Below, one piece after another: positions 22,529-33,892 of a DNA stretch of 64,000 nucleotides. The notes below the pieces were generated by a model. It did not search any database, had not been told where the DNA came from, and was given only the letters and a program-made list of their open reading frames with translations. The stretch comes from Negaprion brevirostris (taxonomy: Eukaryota): contig JARDVH010000194.1 of NCBI GenBank assembly GCA_030324005.1, forward strand, positions 6,021,915-6,085,914, in the 5' to 3' direction. The position numbers and the translations under genes were made by a program. Numbering within the stretch: the stretch's first letter is position 1; each line of letters begins with the position of its first letter.

Positions 22529-23959
22529 GGGTCCCCTTGCTGGTTTTTTGTGCTATCTACTAATTGACACCGCATTTGGCCTCGCACTGTCTTCAAACAT
22601 CAATTCACGCCTGATGGGCATAGAGACCCAAGATAAGGCCATTGCATTGCATCTGGGTTTGATCCATCAAAATCCTCGCTGGCAGGGCGCACGCGTCTCG
22701 TAGGTTTGATGTATCGCTTACGTCTGTGCCAAAAGGTGGAGACAGCTTTGAAATATTGCATGAGGAAAAGCAGAGTATTAAACTTATTAGCTTCACTCGT
22801 CCTTTATCCTCGTTTAGGCAAACCACGATCGCAGACGTCAGCATAACTCAAGTGCCATGTACGTGCCTTATCTTCTGCTTGATTATCGTTTCACCCATAT
22901 GGTTCCTTTCTCAAAAGAACACAATTCGATATTAAGTTCAAATGGTACCTAGGATTTACAATATTTGTCACCTTAATTAAGAGAGTATATAACTGCATTA
23001 ATCACAGTTCAGGAAGAAAAAAATAAACTTTTTTTAATACAAAGCTACGAGGAATAGGCTGAATTTGAGGAAAGGGAAGATAAGCTATCTATGTGTCCAT
23101 TAGAGTTCAGGAGAATGAGGCGAATTTACAGAAAATGTTAGTGTCCTGAGAATAATTGACAACTTTAACGTGGGAAGGACGTCCCCTCTTGTCAGAGAAT
23201 CCAGAACTTCCGGTCACTGCTTTAAATGAAAGGGCCGCAAATTTAAGGCAGCGGGTCGTGCGGTCCGAATTATTTTCCTCAGAGGTACAGATATTTTGAA
23301 TATTTTCCAGGCGGAGCTTGAAAGGTTGTCGGTTATCAAATGTTGATGTATTATCGGGGTAGGCAGGAATGTGTTGTGGATGTTACAATTTGATTCACCA
23401 GGACATTATTGAATTGGGCAGCAGCCTCAAGGGGCCTACTTCTGTTCGCAATTCGGTATGTTTGCCATTGTGTACAATGTATGCATGATTAAGTATTTGT
23501 TTTGATAGAAATAAAGAAACTGGTTCATAGAGTGTGAGGAAAATGTGACACTGACCTCAGAGCTGCGCCATGCCTGTGTCATATTGCAAATGATTCCCCG
23601 GACAAAAGGTTGTCTAATGGCAAATATTTCACAAACGAACTGAGATGACTCAATTAACGAAGCATTTGAAATAATAGATTACCACACACTAGCCCTGGAT
23701 GGTCAATAATGCATTTGTGAACGCCTGAGTTAAAATAGAGATAAAGCAGAGTGCAATTGAATAACTGAACCTGACCGGCTGGATATTCTCTTTCTGCTCT
23801 GGTCCTATTGTATTTAATGACATGTTCACAGAATCGTTACCGCACATTGCGTTTGGAGATCCTCTTCAAACATGCATAATTTATTGCTTTATTCTGTTCC
23901 TTTGTTAAATGTTATTCAAATAATCAATGAATCAGTCGAATGAATCTGCCTCCATCACA

Positions 23960-25610
23960 CTTCAAGACGTTCCAGGCCAGAACCAACTGTTATGATGTTA
24001 TTGGAATTACGGCAATATGGTTAAAGGTGGGGGGTGGGGTGGGGGCAGGAATGGCAGCTTTACATTTCGGGATATCGTTGTTTTTGAAGGAACAGAAGTG
24101 GAAAGAAAAGTGGTGGGGAAGTTGCATTGCTGATTGGGGAAAACAACATATTAGTGTTGAGCGTGGACACATTGGCGGTATCTTGTAGTGAAGCATTATG
24201 GGTGGAGCTCAGGAATAGGAAGGGTCAAAGGAAAAAGTTGTGAGTGTGCTGTAGACATTGCAACAGCCCACAGAAGAAAGAGGAGCAGTTGTGTAGTCAG
24301 ATACATGAAACGGTTTGGGGAAATAAAAGGTAGTTGTGTGCTGGTGGGTGAGTTCAACTTCCCCCATATTGACTAGGACTTCCTTACATCCAGGGACACG
24401 GACGGGGAGAAATTTGTCAAAAAAGTCCAAGAGAGCTTTTTACGACAGCATGTTGATAGTCCAACCAGGGAGCAGCTATAATCTACTTGGTATTGGGGAA
24501 TGAGCCGGGCTGGAGGATGGATTTTTCAGTGGGAGAGCATTTTGGTCTCAGCGAACATTATTGAATAAGACTTCGGAAAGTCATGGATCAGGACAAGAGC
24601 GGCCCGCAGATGAGCTTGCTTGATTGGGCAAGGGTCAATTACATTCAAATTCGACAGTAACTGGGGAATGTTGAATGACAGCGCCTGCTTCAGGGCAAAT
24701 TGACGTCTGCAATTCGGAGACGTTTAAAGGATGGTTGATTGAAGTACAGAATAGGAAGGCCCGCTCACAAAAATGAAGGATCGAATTCGCAAGATTCGGG
24801 TAACATGCATGACCAGGGAAATTGTAAGGTTTGTCAGCAGAAATAAAGAAGCATACAGTAGATCTAGGAGTATAGTGAACGTAGGAAGGAAATTAAACGT
24901 AGAATCTGGACGGTAAAAAATGGGCCAAAAATTGTATTTAGCAAACAGGAACAAAGGGAATCCCAAGGCTTTATATACGTGTAAGAAGAACAAGAGGATA
25001 GCAAGAAAAAAAAAAGTAGGTCCACGGGGTGATCATAATATCAAGTGGTTTTATTGCTAGACTATTAATTCAGGAACTCAGCCAATGTATGGGGGACACA
25101 TGTTGGGATCGCCCCATGACAAATGGCGGAATTTGAATTCATAAACAAAAATTCTGGAATTGAGAAATTTTCTGATGAACATGAAGACATTGTCGATTGT
25201 CAGGAAAGTGCATTCAGTTCACGAATATACCTTAGTGAAGGAAGATCGTCTTATTCACCTGGTCTTGCCTGCATGTGACACCGTAGCAACGTGATTGTCA
25301 CTCTGCTGCCTTCTGTCAAGGACGATTAGGGGTAGCCAATACATGCTGGCCAACCAGCGACGCCCATGTCCCAGGAACTGAATGAACAAAAAAATCATCA
25401 GTAGAGGTGGCAAGTTGTGTCTGTTGTCACATGAATTGGGTGAGATCCTTCATAAGTACTTTGCGTGGGTATTCAACAATGAGAAGGACATGATAGATGT
25501 TGGGGTCAGAGAGAGATGTGTGAATACACTTGAGAATCCCAATGTATCGAAGGACGAAATGGTGATTATCCTAAATTGTATTAAGTTAGACAAGTCCCGT
25601 GGATCGGGTG
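23960..25610 (+). mobile_element. Decayed CR1 LINE (endonuclease to pre-RT region) with a nested element at ~25040-25390
   Basis: YDVIGITAIWLK, LVGEFNFPHID*, ELGEILHKYFAWVFNNEKD, ILNCIKLDKSRG are CR1 ORF2 motifs, with many stops. Confidence 0.75.
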
Positions 25611-26224
25611 GGGACTTTTGCAGTTTTAAAGCAAAGTTTGAAATTAATTTATTATTCACAAGTCGGCTCGCATGAGCACTACATTGAAGTATCTCTGAAA
25701 ATCCCTTAGTCACCATATTCCAGTGACTAGAGTTTGAGTTCATTGATGAAGAACGTCGGATCATCAGTGCATCTAACCAACAAGCCTTTCAGACTGTGAA
25801 AGGAAACTGGATCACCCGGAGGAAACCCCCACAGATATGGAGAGAGCGTGCAACTCCACCATGGCAAGCAACGTTGCGATGACGTTCAGAAAACCACATT
25901 TTATACATATTTCTGGACGGACACTAACACGAAAAAATAATGACAATAATTATTGAAATAGATTATTTTCTTGCCTTTGTATCGAGCTCAATGTGTTCAA
26001 TAAATGTAACTAACATTGATGATGATGCAACTGTATTAATTTGTTTAATGAGTGTAAACATCAAAAGTGATGGTGTAACTGAATAGAATTGTTCAATTAG
26101 TGCATTTAACTTCAAGGTGAGATAATCTAAGTGTGTCTCTGGCGGATTGGCAGCACATATGAAAAGGGGTGCATTGAATGTTGCTTCAGAATTCTCAAAC
26201 GGACGTCTGGACTGCTCACACAAA

Positions 26225-26294
26225 ATGCATACTCCACCAAGAGGTCCTGCATATGCTGTTTTCTATACTGCACTTGCAGTCATCGCTGTTCCAG
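26225..26294 (+). CDS. GPR139/142-like class A GPCR gene 1, coding exon 1 (70 nt, phase 1)
   Basis: aaaATG start, MHTPPRGPAYAVFYTALAVIAVP-G, donor ccag|gtaaag; splices in frame to 28509. Confidence 0.85.
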
Positions 26295-27099
26295 GTAAAG
26301 TGTTGACAACGTTTTTGTGTTATCTCATTGAAAACTAAGCATTATGTAGAAGAGTCACTTAATGCAGAAAGATTGGAGTCCTACTTTTGTCTGTGAAAGA
26401 ATTGGTAGAACCCGTCTAGAAAATTATCATAAGTTCCGAACATTCATCCTCGGAAGCAAATATGGTGCTGGAAGACACGTATTGGGTAGAAGCCAATGGC
26501 TGCCAGAGCTTAAATGATTAAATTCTAACGAATTTAATTTTTTAAATGTGATTTCTAAATTATTGAAGACAGCACCCAACGTAGTCATCAAGACCACTTC
26601 TGCAAAATTATTCAAAGGATCAGTTATGGTAGAGAGGAGCTGAGGATATTAGCAAGGTTAAAACAAAAACTTTCTGAAATTTTGACAGAATAGGATTTAA
26701 ATTCCTATTGAAAGGAATTGTCATGGATTTATGTAAATTATAAATATAAACTTGAATCTAGGTTAATTTTGTGAGACGAAATTGTAATATACGTAGTAAT
26801 GAGGTTTTGATTGGAGGACTGGAAATAATAGTTACCAGAGAGGCGAAAAAACAGCTTTCATTGGTTCAAGGTATTCGGCAGACTTTAGCGTGCATGTGGG
26901 GGAGAAACATTTTATTTCGATTCTGAATGCAGGATGTGATAACATCCTTGCTGATAGGCGGTGGATCAGGAAAGGTCAGTTGTATTTAAAACAAAATGAT
27001 TATATGTCCTTGAATGCATGTAAACTACAAAGCACTCAGATAGTTACTTAGTTAATCTCATTCCCTCTTCACCTCAATGCATTTCGGCTCAACTCTTCT

Positions 27100-28400
27100 T
27101 TGGTTACGCTCATTTCCATTCTCGATTCCTTGTTTAGCAGTCTTTAGCCCGTTCTACTGATACTTCCACGTGCCATCATTTTTCCTCCCACAACTTGCAA
27201 CCCACCCGCTGGCCTCCTACTTGCTGCTGATCCTTTCAATGAAAATTATTGTCGCGGCACTGGCCGGCTCAATTTTCCTGTTCCCCTCACCCACACTAAT
27301 TGTTTTCCTTCTCGATTTCCTGCACTTGTTCACTCAAATTCAAATTGACCCATGTGGTCGCACCTGCTGACCAAGGCTGGGAGCGTTGTCCTCCGGTCTT
27401 CTGGCCTTTAAATGTTATCGGCTCAACGCCCATGATCCAGTGAAGCTCAGTGCAAGCTTACCTTCGTGCACATTACAGACATTCCCTTTATCCCGCTCTA
27501 AATTTCAAAGGATGGTTACCTCCATAACAACTTGATCCAGTTTTCCATGATGCCTAACATCCGGAAGGTTTCCCACTGCAACTTAATTTGCAAGACATTT
27601 TCTTTCACTAGCTTGGGGCGGCACAGTAACACAATGGTTAACAATCTTGCTTCACAGCTCCTGGGTTCGATTCTTGGCTCGGGCCACTGTCTGTGTGGAG
27701 TTTGCATGTTCTCCTCTTGTCTGCGTGTGTTTCCTCCCACAGTCCAAAGATTTGCGGGTTGGGTTGATTGGCCATTCTAAGAAATTTCCCCTTAGTGTCC
27801 AGGGTAGCGGAAGTTAGACGGATTAGTGGGTATAGTATATAGGGATATGGGTGTAGGGTCTGGGTGGGCTTGTGTTCGGTGCAGACTCGATGGGCGGAAG
27901 GGCCTTTTTCTGCACTGTAGGGTTCTATGATCTATGAGCTTGTTCTCGTGGTCACATATCCAGCCTGGGCATTCTGCAATGACCTAGTGAAGCCGACTGC
28001 AAGCTGGAAGAACAGCACTGCAACATCCATTTACGCTTACTACATGCCTTAGTAATCGGCATTGACTTTAACAAATTTAAGCTGTCACTTTTCTAGTCCA
28101 TATGAAACGTCTTTTCTCAATGTCCCATACGTTTGTTGTCTCTGTACAACAACGCTTAATTTCCCCAATTTGCTGCCACAGGCTATCTGTCTTTTAATTT
28201 CAATGTTCCTTCAAAATGTTGCAATTTCTCCCATCTAAAGTTTAATATCCAGCTCATTCGCCCTCTCATTCATTCTGAGGAAGAGTCAAATGCATTGAAA
28301 ATATTTAACACATTTTCTAATCCTTCAGAGATTATCAGACCTGTTGTGTTTTTCCAGAATTCTCTGCTCTGTTTCAGATTCCATCAGCCACATTTTATGT
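27100..28400 (+). mobile_element. Penelope-like retroelement remnant in the GPCR gene 1 intron
   Basis: LGILQ*PSEADCKLEEQH...IDFNKF resembles the GIY-YIG C-terminus of PLEs; characteristic terminus ...cagacctgttgtgtttttccagaattctctg...tcagattcc. Confidence 0.6.
27615..27937 (+). mobile_element. HE1-like SINE nested in the Penelope remnant
   Basis: ggggcggcacagtaacacaatggtta head, V-core, tail ...gcactgtagggttctatgatctatga. Confidence 0.85.
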
Positions 28401-28508
28401 TTATTTCATTTTAATCGTCGTTACCCAGTGACATTTTCAAATGTATCTCCATCATATACGGTTAGTAACTATTTCTATGGAATTACGCCTTTTCTCTCTT
28501 TCTTACAG

Positions 28509-29383
28509 TTAATTTGGTGGCGATTGTGGTAATCTCCCGAGGACAGTGTGGTCTCTCCAGATGTATCTCACGATACCTAGTCTTCATGGCAGTGACCGAT
28601 CTCCTGGTCATCATTACTGCCGTGATAATGAACCGTATTCCTGCAATTTATTTCCCAGGCAGTTTATTGTCTATTACTCCGATCTGCAGTCTCAGCATTG
28701 TTCTAATATATTCAGCAAGAGACAGTTCTATATGGTTAACAGTCGCTTTCACTTTTGATCGATTTGTAGCAATATGTTGCCAGAAACTTAAAACAAAATA
28801 TTGCACCCAGAAGACAGCGGCAGTTGTTATTGGAACAGTGTGCACGTTGGGTGTTTTAATCAACATCCCTTGGTACTTTATGCATGAACCTATTTACGTA
28901 ATTGGTAATATCCCCTGGTATTGCAAACAGAAGGATGCACGTTATTCTTCACCGTTAGGGACAGCATTTGATTGGTTCGACCGCATGATAACTCCCTGTC
29001 TCCCATTCTTTCTGATTCTTCTGTTCAATTTCCTCACTGTCAGACACATTCTGGTTGCAAGCAGATCACGAAAAAGACTCCATATCCAAGGTCCAGGAGA
29101 GAATAGGAATGACACGGAAATGGAGAGTAGGAGGAAATCAATCGTTTTACTATTTGCTATCTCGGGTAGTTTCATCCTATTGTGGATGACGTATGTTGTG
29201 GAGTTCTTTTGTCATCGATTTATAAAGAACTATAAAATAAATGGATTTAGTGACCCTAAGTTTATTTTTCAAGAAAGTGGAAACATGTTTCAGATGTTAA
29301 GCTGCTGCACAAACACGTTTATTTATGCAATAACGCAGAGCAAATTTAGAGAGCAGTTGAAAAATATGTTGACAATTCGCTGA
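28509..29383 (+). CDS. GPR139/142-like class A GPCR gene 1, coding exon 2 (joined protein ~314 aa)
   Basis: Acceptor ttcttacag; VNLVAIVVISRG.CGLSRCI, MAVTDLL (TM2), AFTFDRFVAICC (TM3 DRY variant), PWYC (ECL2), RRKSIVLLFAISGSF (TM6), SCCTNTFIY (TM7), KFREQLK (helix 8). Confidence 0.93.
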
Positions 29384-30884
29384 GCTATAATCGGTAAATT
29401 GTTCAAATAATGAAAACAATATATTTCATATCATTTCTACATTATGTAGGCGACATTGAGTTGCTTTATACTTGGGGAATAAAGATTGCTCGCACGATTT
29501 CTTTATTTCAGATGTGTTTTTTGGCGAGTTTAGATCTTCCTGTACAGGACACACAAACACAAATTCGAATTCACGAGCAGGAACATTCTTAAAATAGAGT
29601 CACAAATATCCCAATTTATTGACAGAAAATCCTACACTGGTAGACACATATACATCACAGTGTGTTGACGGGTAATCCAATCAGAGCCAGAGCCACAGAT
29701 ATCCACTTTGTTGATGGACGGTAGTCCTGCAGCAGCTCGATTACTAGACCAATTTCATTACGATTGGAATTCCTACGTTACTGAGAATTATATCACAATC
29801 TACTGACAGATGTCCTTCCGATACCCGAGGAAACAAACATTCCAACTTACTTCCAAATAACCTTGTTGAACCAGAAAGAAAAACATTTAAATTTATGAAC
29901 AGCTGAGCCTCCTGCTCACTGAACGACCATTGCAATGTGTATATAGGTGATCTCCTTGCACCATTCACCTAAATCTTCCGCTTTAGGTTCAAGAAAGCTT
30001 GTTTACCAATGAAACAATCAATGAAACATCTGATAGGTTTACTTGTATCAGTGACGATCATAACCATACTTTGATTCGTGATCATCTGCACCAGTGACAT
30101 AAACATGCAAATTTGCTCGACAGATCAAAATCATCATCTTCGCAGTCATGCCCCAAACAGTTGTAAGTGTTAGTGGAAATCAGAAAAAAAAGAACGACTA
30201 ATCGGCACCATAGTCTCAAAAAACATTTCCCGACTCTCAATGATGGGTGAACCCAGCGCATCATCATCAAGTTGTATTTCTGAAGAATTTGACGCCTTCT
30301 TAAACCATTGGTGCTGAGCCGTTGATCCAACTCTGTAATCTTCTGGTATCATAGCTTGGTCATTTCCACTTCAAATATATGTTACTAACACTTCGTTATT
30401 TTGTTTATTTAAACACTTCACCCGAAATGTATGCAAATTAACTAAATCAGTCACAAATAAAAACATGTACAAACACTCCATAATCTTGGTTCACAGAGTA
30501 ACATTTAATACTTACTGAAAAGTGTTTTCTTCATTATATGGCAAATACATAATTTAATGATTATGCCATGGGTTTTGTTGTCAATCATTAATAGCACCTA
30601 AAAACTAGCAGAGAGGCAATTTCTCTGAAGGCTGTATTCGAAATGATATAGTTGCACTGAGGATGGAGCCTGGAAATAAGTTTCAGGATTTTTACCCAGA
30701 GTCACTGATCAAAAAGAACACACAGTTTCAAGTCAGCCTTGAAGGATGAATTGCCAGCAGCTTTGTCCCGATGTGTCATTTTACACTGACCGCCTGCAGC
30801 TGGTGCTTTTCAGCTTCAGGCCTCTGATACAACCACGGTTAATGTTAATGCCATCAAACATATAATTGTAAAAGATAATCACAG

Positions 30885-31160
30885 AATCCCTGTAGTCCAG
30901 ATGCAGGCCCATACCTGCACCAGCAACAACCCCATCAAGGCCCTCTCTCTGTAACCCCATGTCAGTCCCCCTGACGTGAAGGAGCAATTCAGCAAAGCAA
31001 GTCAACTCAACCTACACACCTTTGGACTGTGAGAGAAAACCCATGAACATACGGGGAGGATATGCAAACTTCAGACAGATAGCTCCCCGAGACCAAAATT
31101 GAACAAGGGTCCCTTGTGCTGTAAGGCAGCAGTGCTGAACTCTGCGCCACCATGTCGCCC
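30885..31160 (-). mobile_element. HE1-like SINE
   Basis: Minus-strand head gggcgacatggtggcgcagagttcagcactgctgcc, V-core and CR1-like tail. Confidence 0.8.
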
Positions 31161-31989
31161 GAAATAATGAGGAGATAGATTTTCTCCTATTGTATTGATC
31201 ATTGTCTGAACGTTTTTTTCTTTGGCGCAAATGATCAGCTCAATGCACAATATGGTTCCCGACTTTTGTATATGGACACGCATTGTTTCAGTAAGTGACC
31301 ATGCATTCCAACCAAACTAGCTATCTCTCTACTTTGAACATTCTAAAACCAATTCACTATGTTGCATCCACCCAATTGCTGCAGCAACCCGTTTTATAAA
31401 GTTTTATATGATTTCCCGTTTTATATGATTTCCGTTCTTATGAATGCACACAGAACTTCTGAAGAATTGTAAATATTCAATGTGACTGTTTATGACATTT
31501 GCAAAATAAGTCAATGAATGGTAGACACTCCAGTTAATTATGTAATTGCCTTGCATTATTACTTAACTTTGTTTTCCTTAGAAGGTAACTGCACTCCATG
31601 CGGCCTTTATTTTTATATATTGACATGTGTTTCCTGCATTGATGAAAACAAGTGAACTTAAAGGCTTAGCCCCCAGGATTTTAATGGTAATAATAGGTGA
31701 TGCAGTGAGTTAAGCACGTGAAGTGTGTCCTCAAATATATGCTTAGATAACCAAAGATACGTGTTGATAATAATGAACATAACCAGTAAGTTATGACAAG
31801 AGAATGCCACTATACATATATGATATCTCAACTAAAAAAAATAAACTATTCGTCCAAACATGAAAACCTGATCCTGTGAAGCCATGAGAATTGTTGCGAG
31901 ATAAGATGCAGTTATGCATCTTTTCGATTCATATTCTAACAAAGTGGGAACAGTTAGAATAAATTTTTGATCTGGAATTGAGATTCCAG

Positions 31990-32760
31990 TGAGTTTCATC
32001 GAAAATTCTTATTGCGTCGCCAACGTCACGCTTGCGAAATGATTGTTCAAATTCAAATGAAGCAATCCGGGGCCTACATACAATCCAATTACGTTCTTGG
32101 GTGCAAGCTAGGTCTCTTTCATCAATCTATGAGAAATAATATATTCTGTGGAGGCTCCAGGCAAATTCGAAAATTACAATGTGTTTATTGTTCCTTTTTC
32201 GTCAAGTAGCTTGCTAAAATATGTCAGGAAACTACAGTATGTGAGTTAGTGTACAGTTCAAGAGTATCGTAGTGGAAAGGCATAGTGTTGGAAAAAATAT
32301 GAAGGATCTGGACAGAAGGAGAAGGAGAAATTTTAAGCAAAATATGTCAGTAAAGGCAAGGTCTTGCTTATCTCACGGAACACTTTTGAACATGAGACAA
32401 ACGAAATCCATAGAGCAAGACGTGATGGAGTAAGATTCAGAGAGGATCATTTTCTTGGTAGGAGAATCAAGAACCAGGGTGCTGTCTCAGAAAATGGTCC
32501 ACATTCTTTAGCATTGAAATCGGTAAACATTTTTTTCACTAAAACAATGGCTAACGTGTGGAAATCGCGGTCAAAGAGGTTGTGGAGGCCAAGTGGCTGA
32601 GTTAAATCAACAATGCATAAGAATGCCTTCGATTTTGATGGCATCAATGGTATAAAGAGAAAGAGGGAATATGGCATTGAGATAGATAATCATCTACAAT
32701 GACATTGAATGGTGGAATAGGATTAATGTGACAAATAGCTAGTTACTTTGGTTCTATTAA
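31990..32760 (+). mobile_element. Highly decayed CR1 LINE 3' part
   Basis: ggagaatcaagaaccaggg, ttcactaaaacaatggctaacgtgtggaaatc, gacattgaatggtggaatagg resemble the CR1 3' end. Confidence 0.55.
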
Positions 32761-33892
32761 TGTGAATTCATTGGGCTCACTCTCTCATCAAACGTCACCA
32801 CTCTCATCCCATTGATTGAACGATCATTCACTCTTCTGCAAATATATTATTTAATGAATGTGGAGATCAACACTGCACATTGTATACCAGGTGCAGTCTT
32901 ACAGAAACCCAGCACAATCACAGAATTACTTATGTATTCCTTTAATCCAATAATTTTGCATTTAGTACAAACAGGCTGTTTGTTTTCCAAATTGCTTACT
33001 GAATCTGCGAACTTGTAGATTTCTTTGGAACGGAAAAAAAGTCTCTGGTTGTCATTTGCATTCCAAATTTGAAACCATTTAAAATATTCTGTTTTTCTAT
33101 TCCTATATCAACATTCAATTCTTACCCCCACCCCCGCATTTTGGAGACAATTTTCACCAAGAAATTTGAAGAGATTTTTTCCACTGAATGTATTGCTATA
33201 GGACTTGAGACAAAGTTATGTTTTGTATATACGATTGATTGATCATTCCTCAACCTACTGGATGTTTCTAGTTTCTTTGCTTGGTCTGCTGCGAACTGTT
33301 TTAAAACAACTTATTGCTGCAATTAATGAATAACAGGAATTATTGTGTTATTGAACTGCAAGTGTGGTGGAAATCGAGCAAGATACGCGATAAGATTAAA
33401 GTTTGAAGATTGTTACATTCAGTTGAAAATCATTTTTATTTTCCATATTTCAGATAGTTGGGCATTATTCCTATAACTATAGTTTAGTAATCCTATTTCA
33501 CATGATAAAAGTTTACGGTGAACTAACAACTATTTTGTGTTTTTGGTTTCTTCCAGCAATTCTATTCCTGCAATATTCTTGGCTCAGGCATATGCCTGAA
33601 GGAAGTTGTTTGTGGATCGTAGAAAAAAATCACGAATGAAATAAGTGTTCAATTTCAGAGGCTATCCCGCATGTAAAGTTTCTAACCATCCCGAGCAGAA
33701 TATTGGTATTATGTTATTCATTAGTAACCATACGATATTCAGTAACAAAACACCTTTCAGTCGCGTCATCTACTCCACGGATGTGGGGCCTTGGGACTTA
33801 CAGGAATATATCAGGATTGAGCTAGAGCAGGCAATGCACCCTGATAATAACCACGACAAATGTCAACATTAATGCGCAATAATTTGGGAGTT

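Larger units (their letters stand above)
20725..22605. repeat. Inverted segmental copy C of the Gln-Val-Phe tRNA cassette
   Basis: Reverse complement of ~15280-17010, including spacer sequence; carries a Penelope-like end inserted at ~22205-22335. Confidence 0.85.

Noticed and set aside
22640-22700. Possible tRNA-Gly 3' half on the minus strand
   Set aside because: Only short matches (cctgcca, caatgca); no A or B box; not distinguishable from chance.
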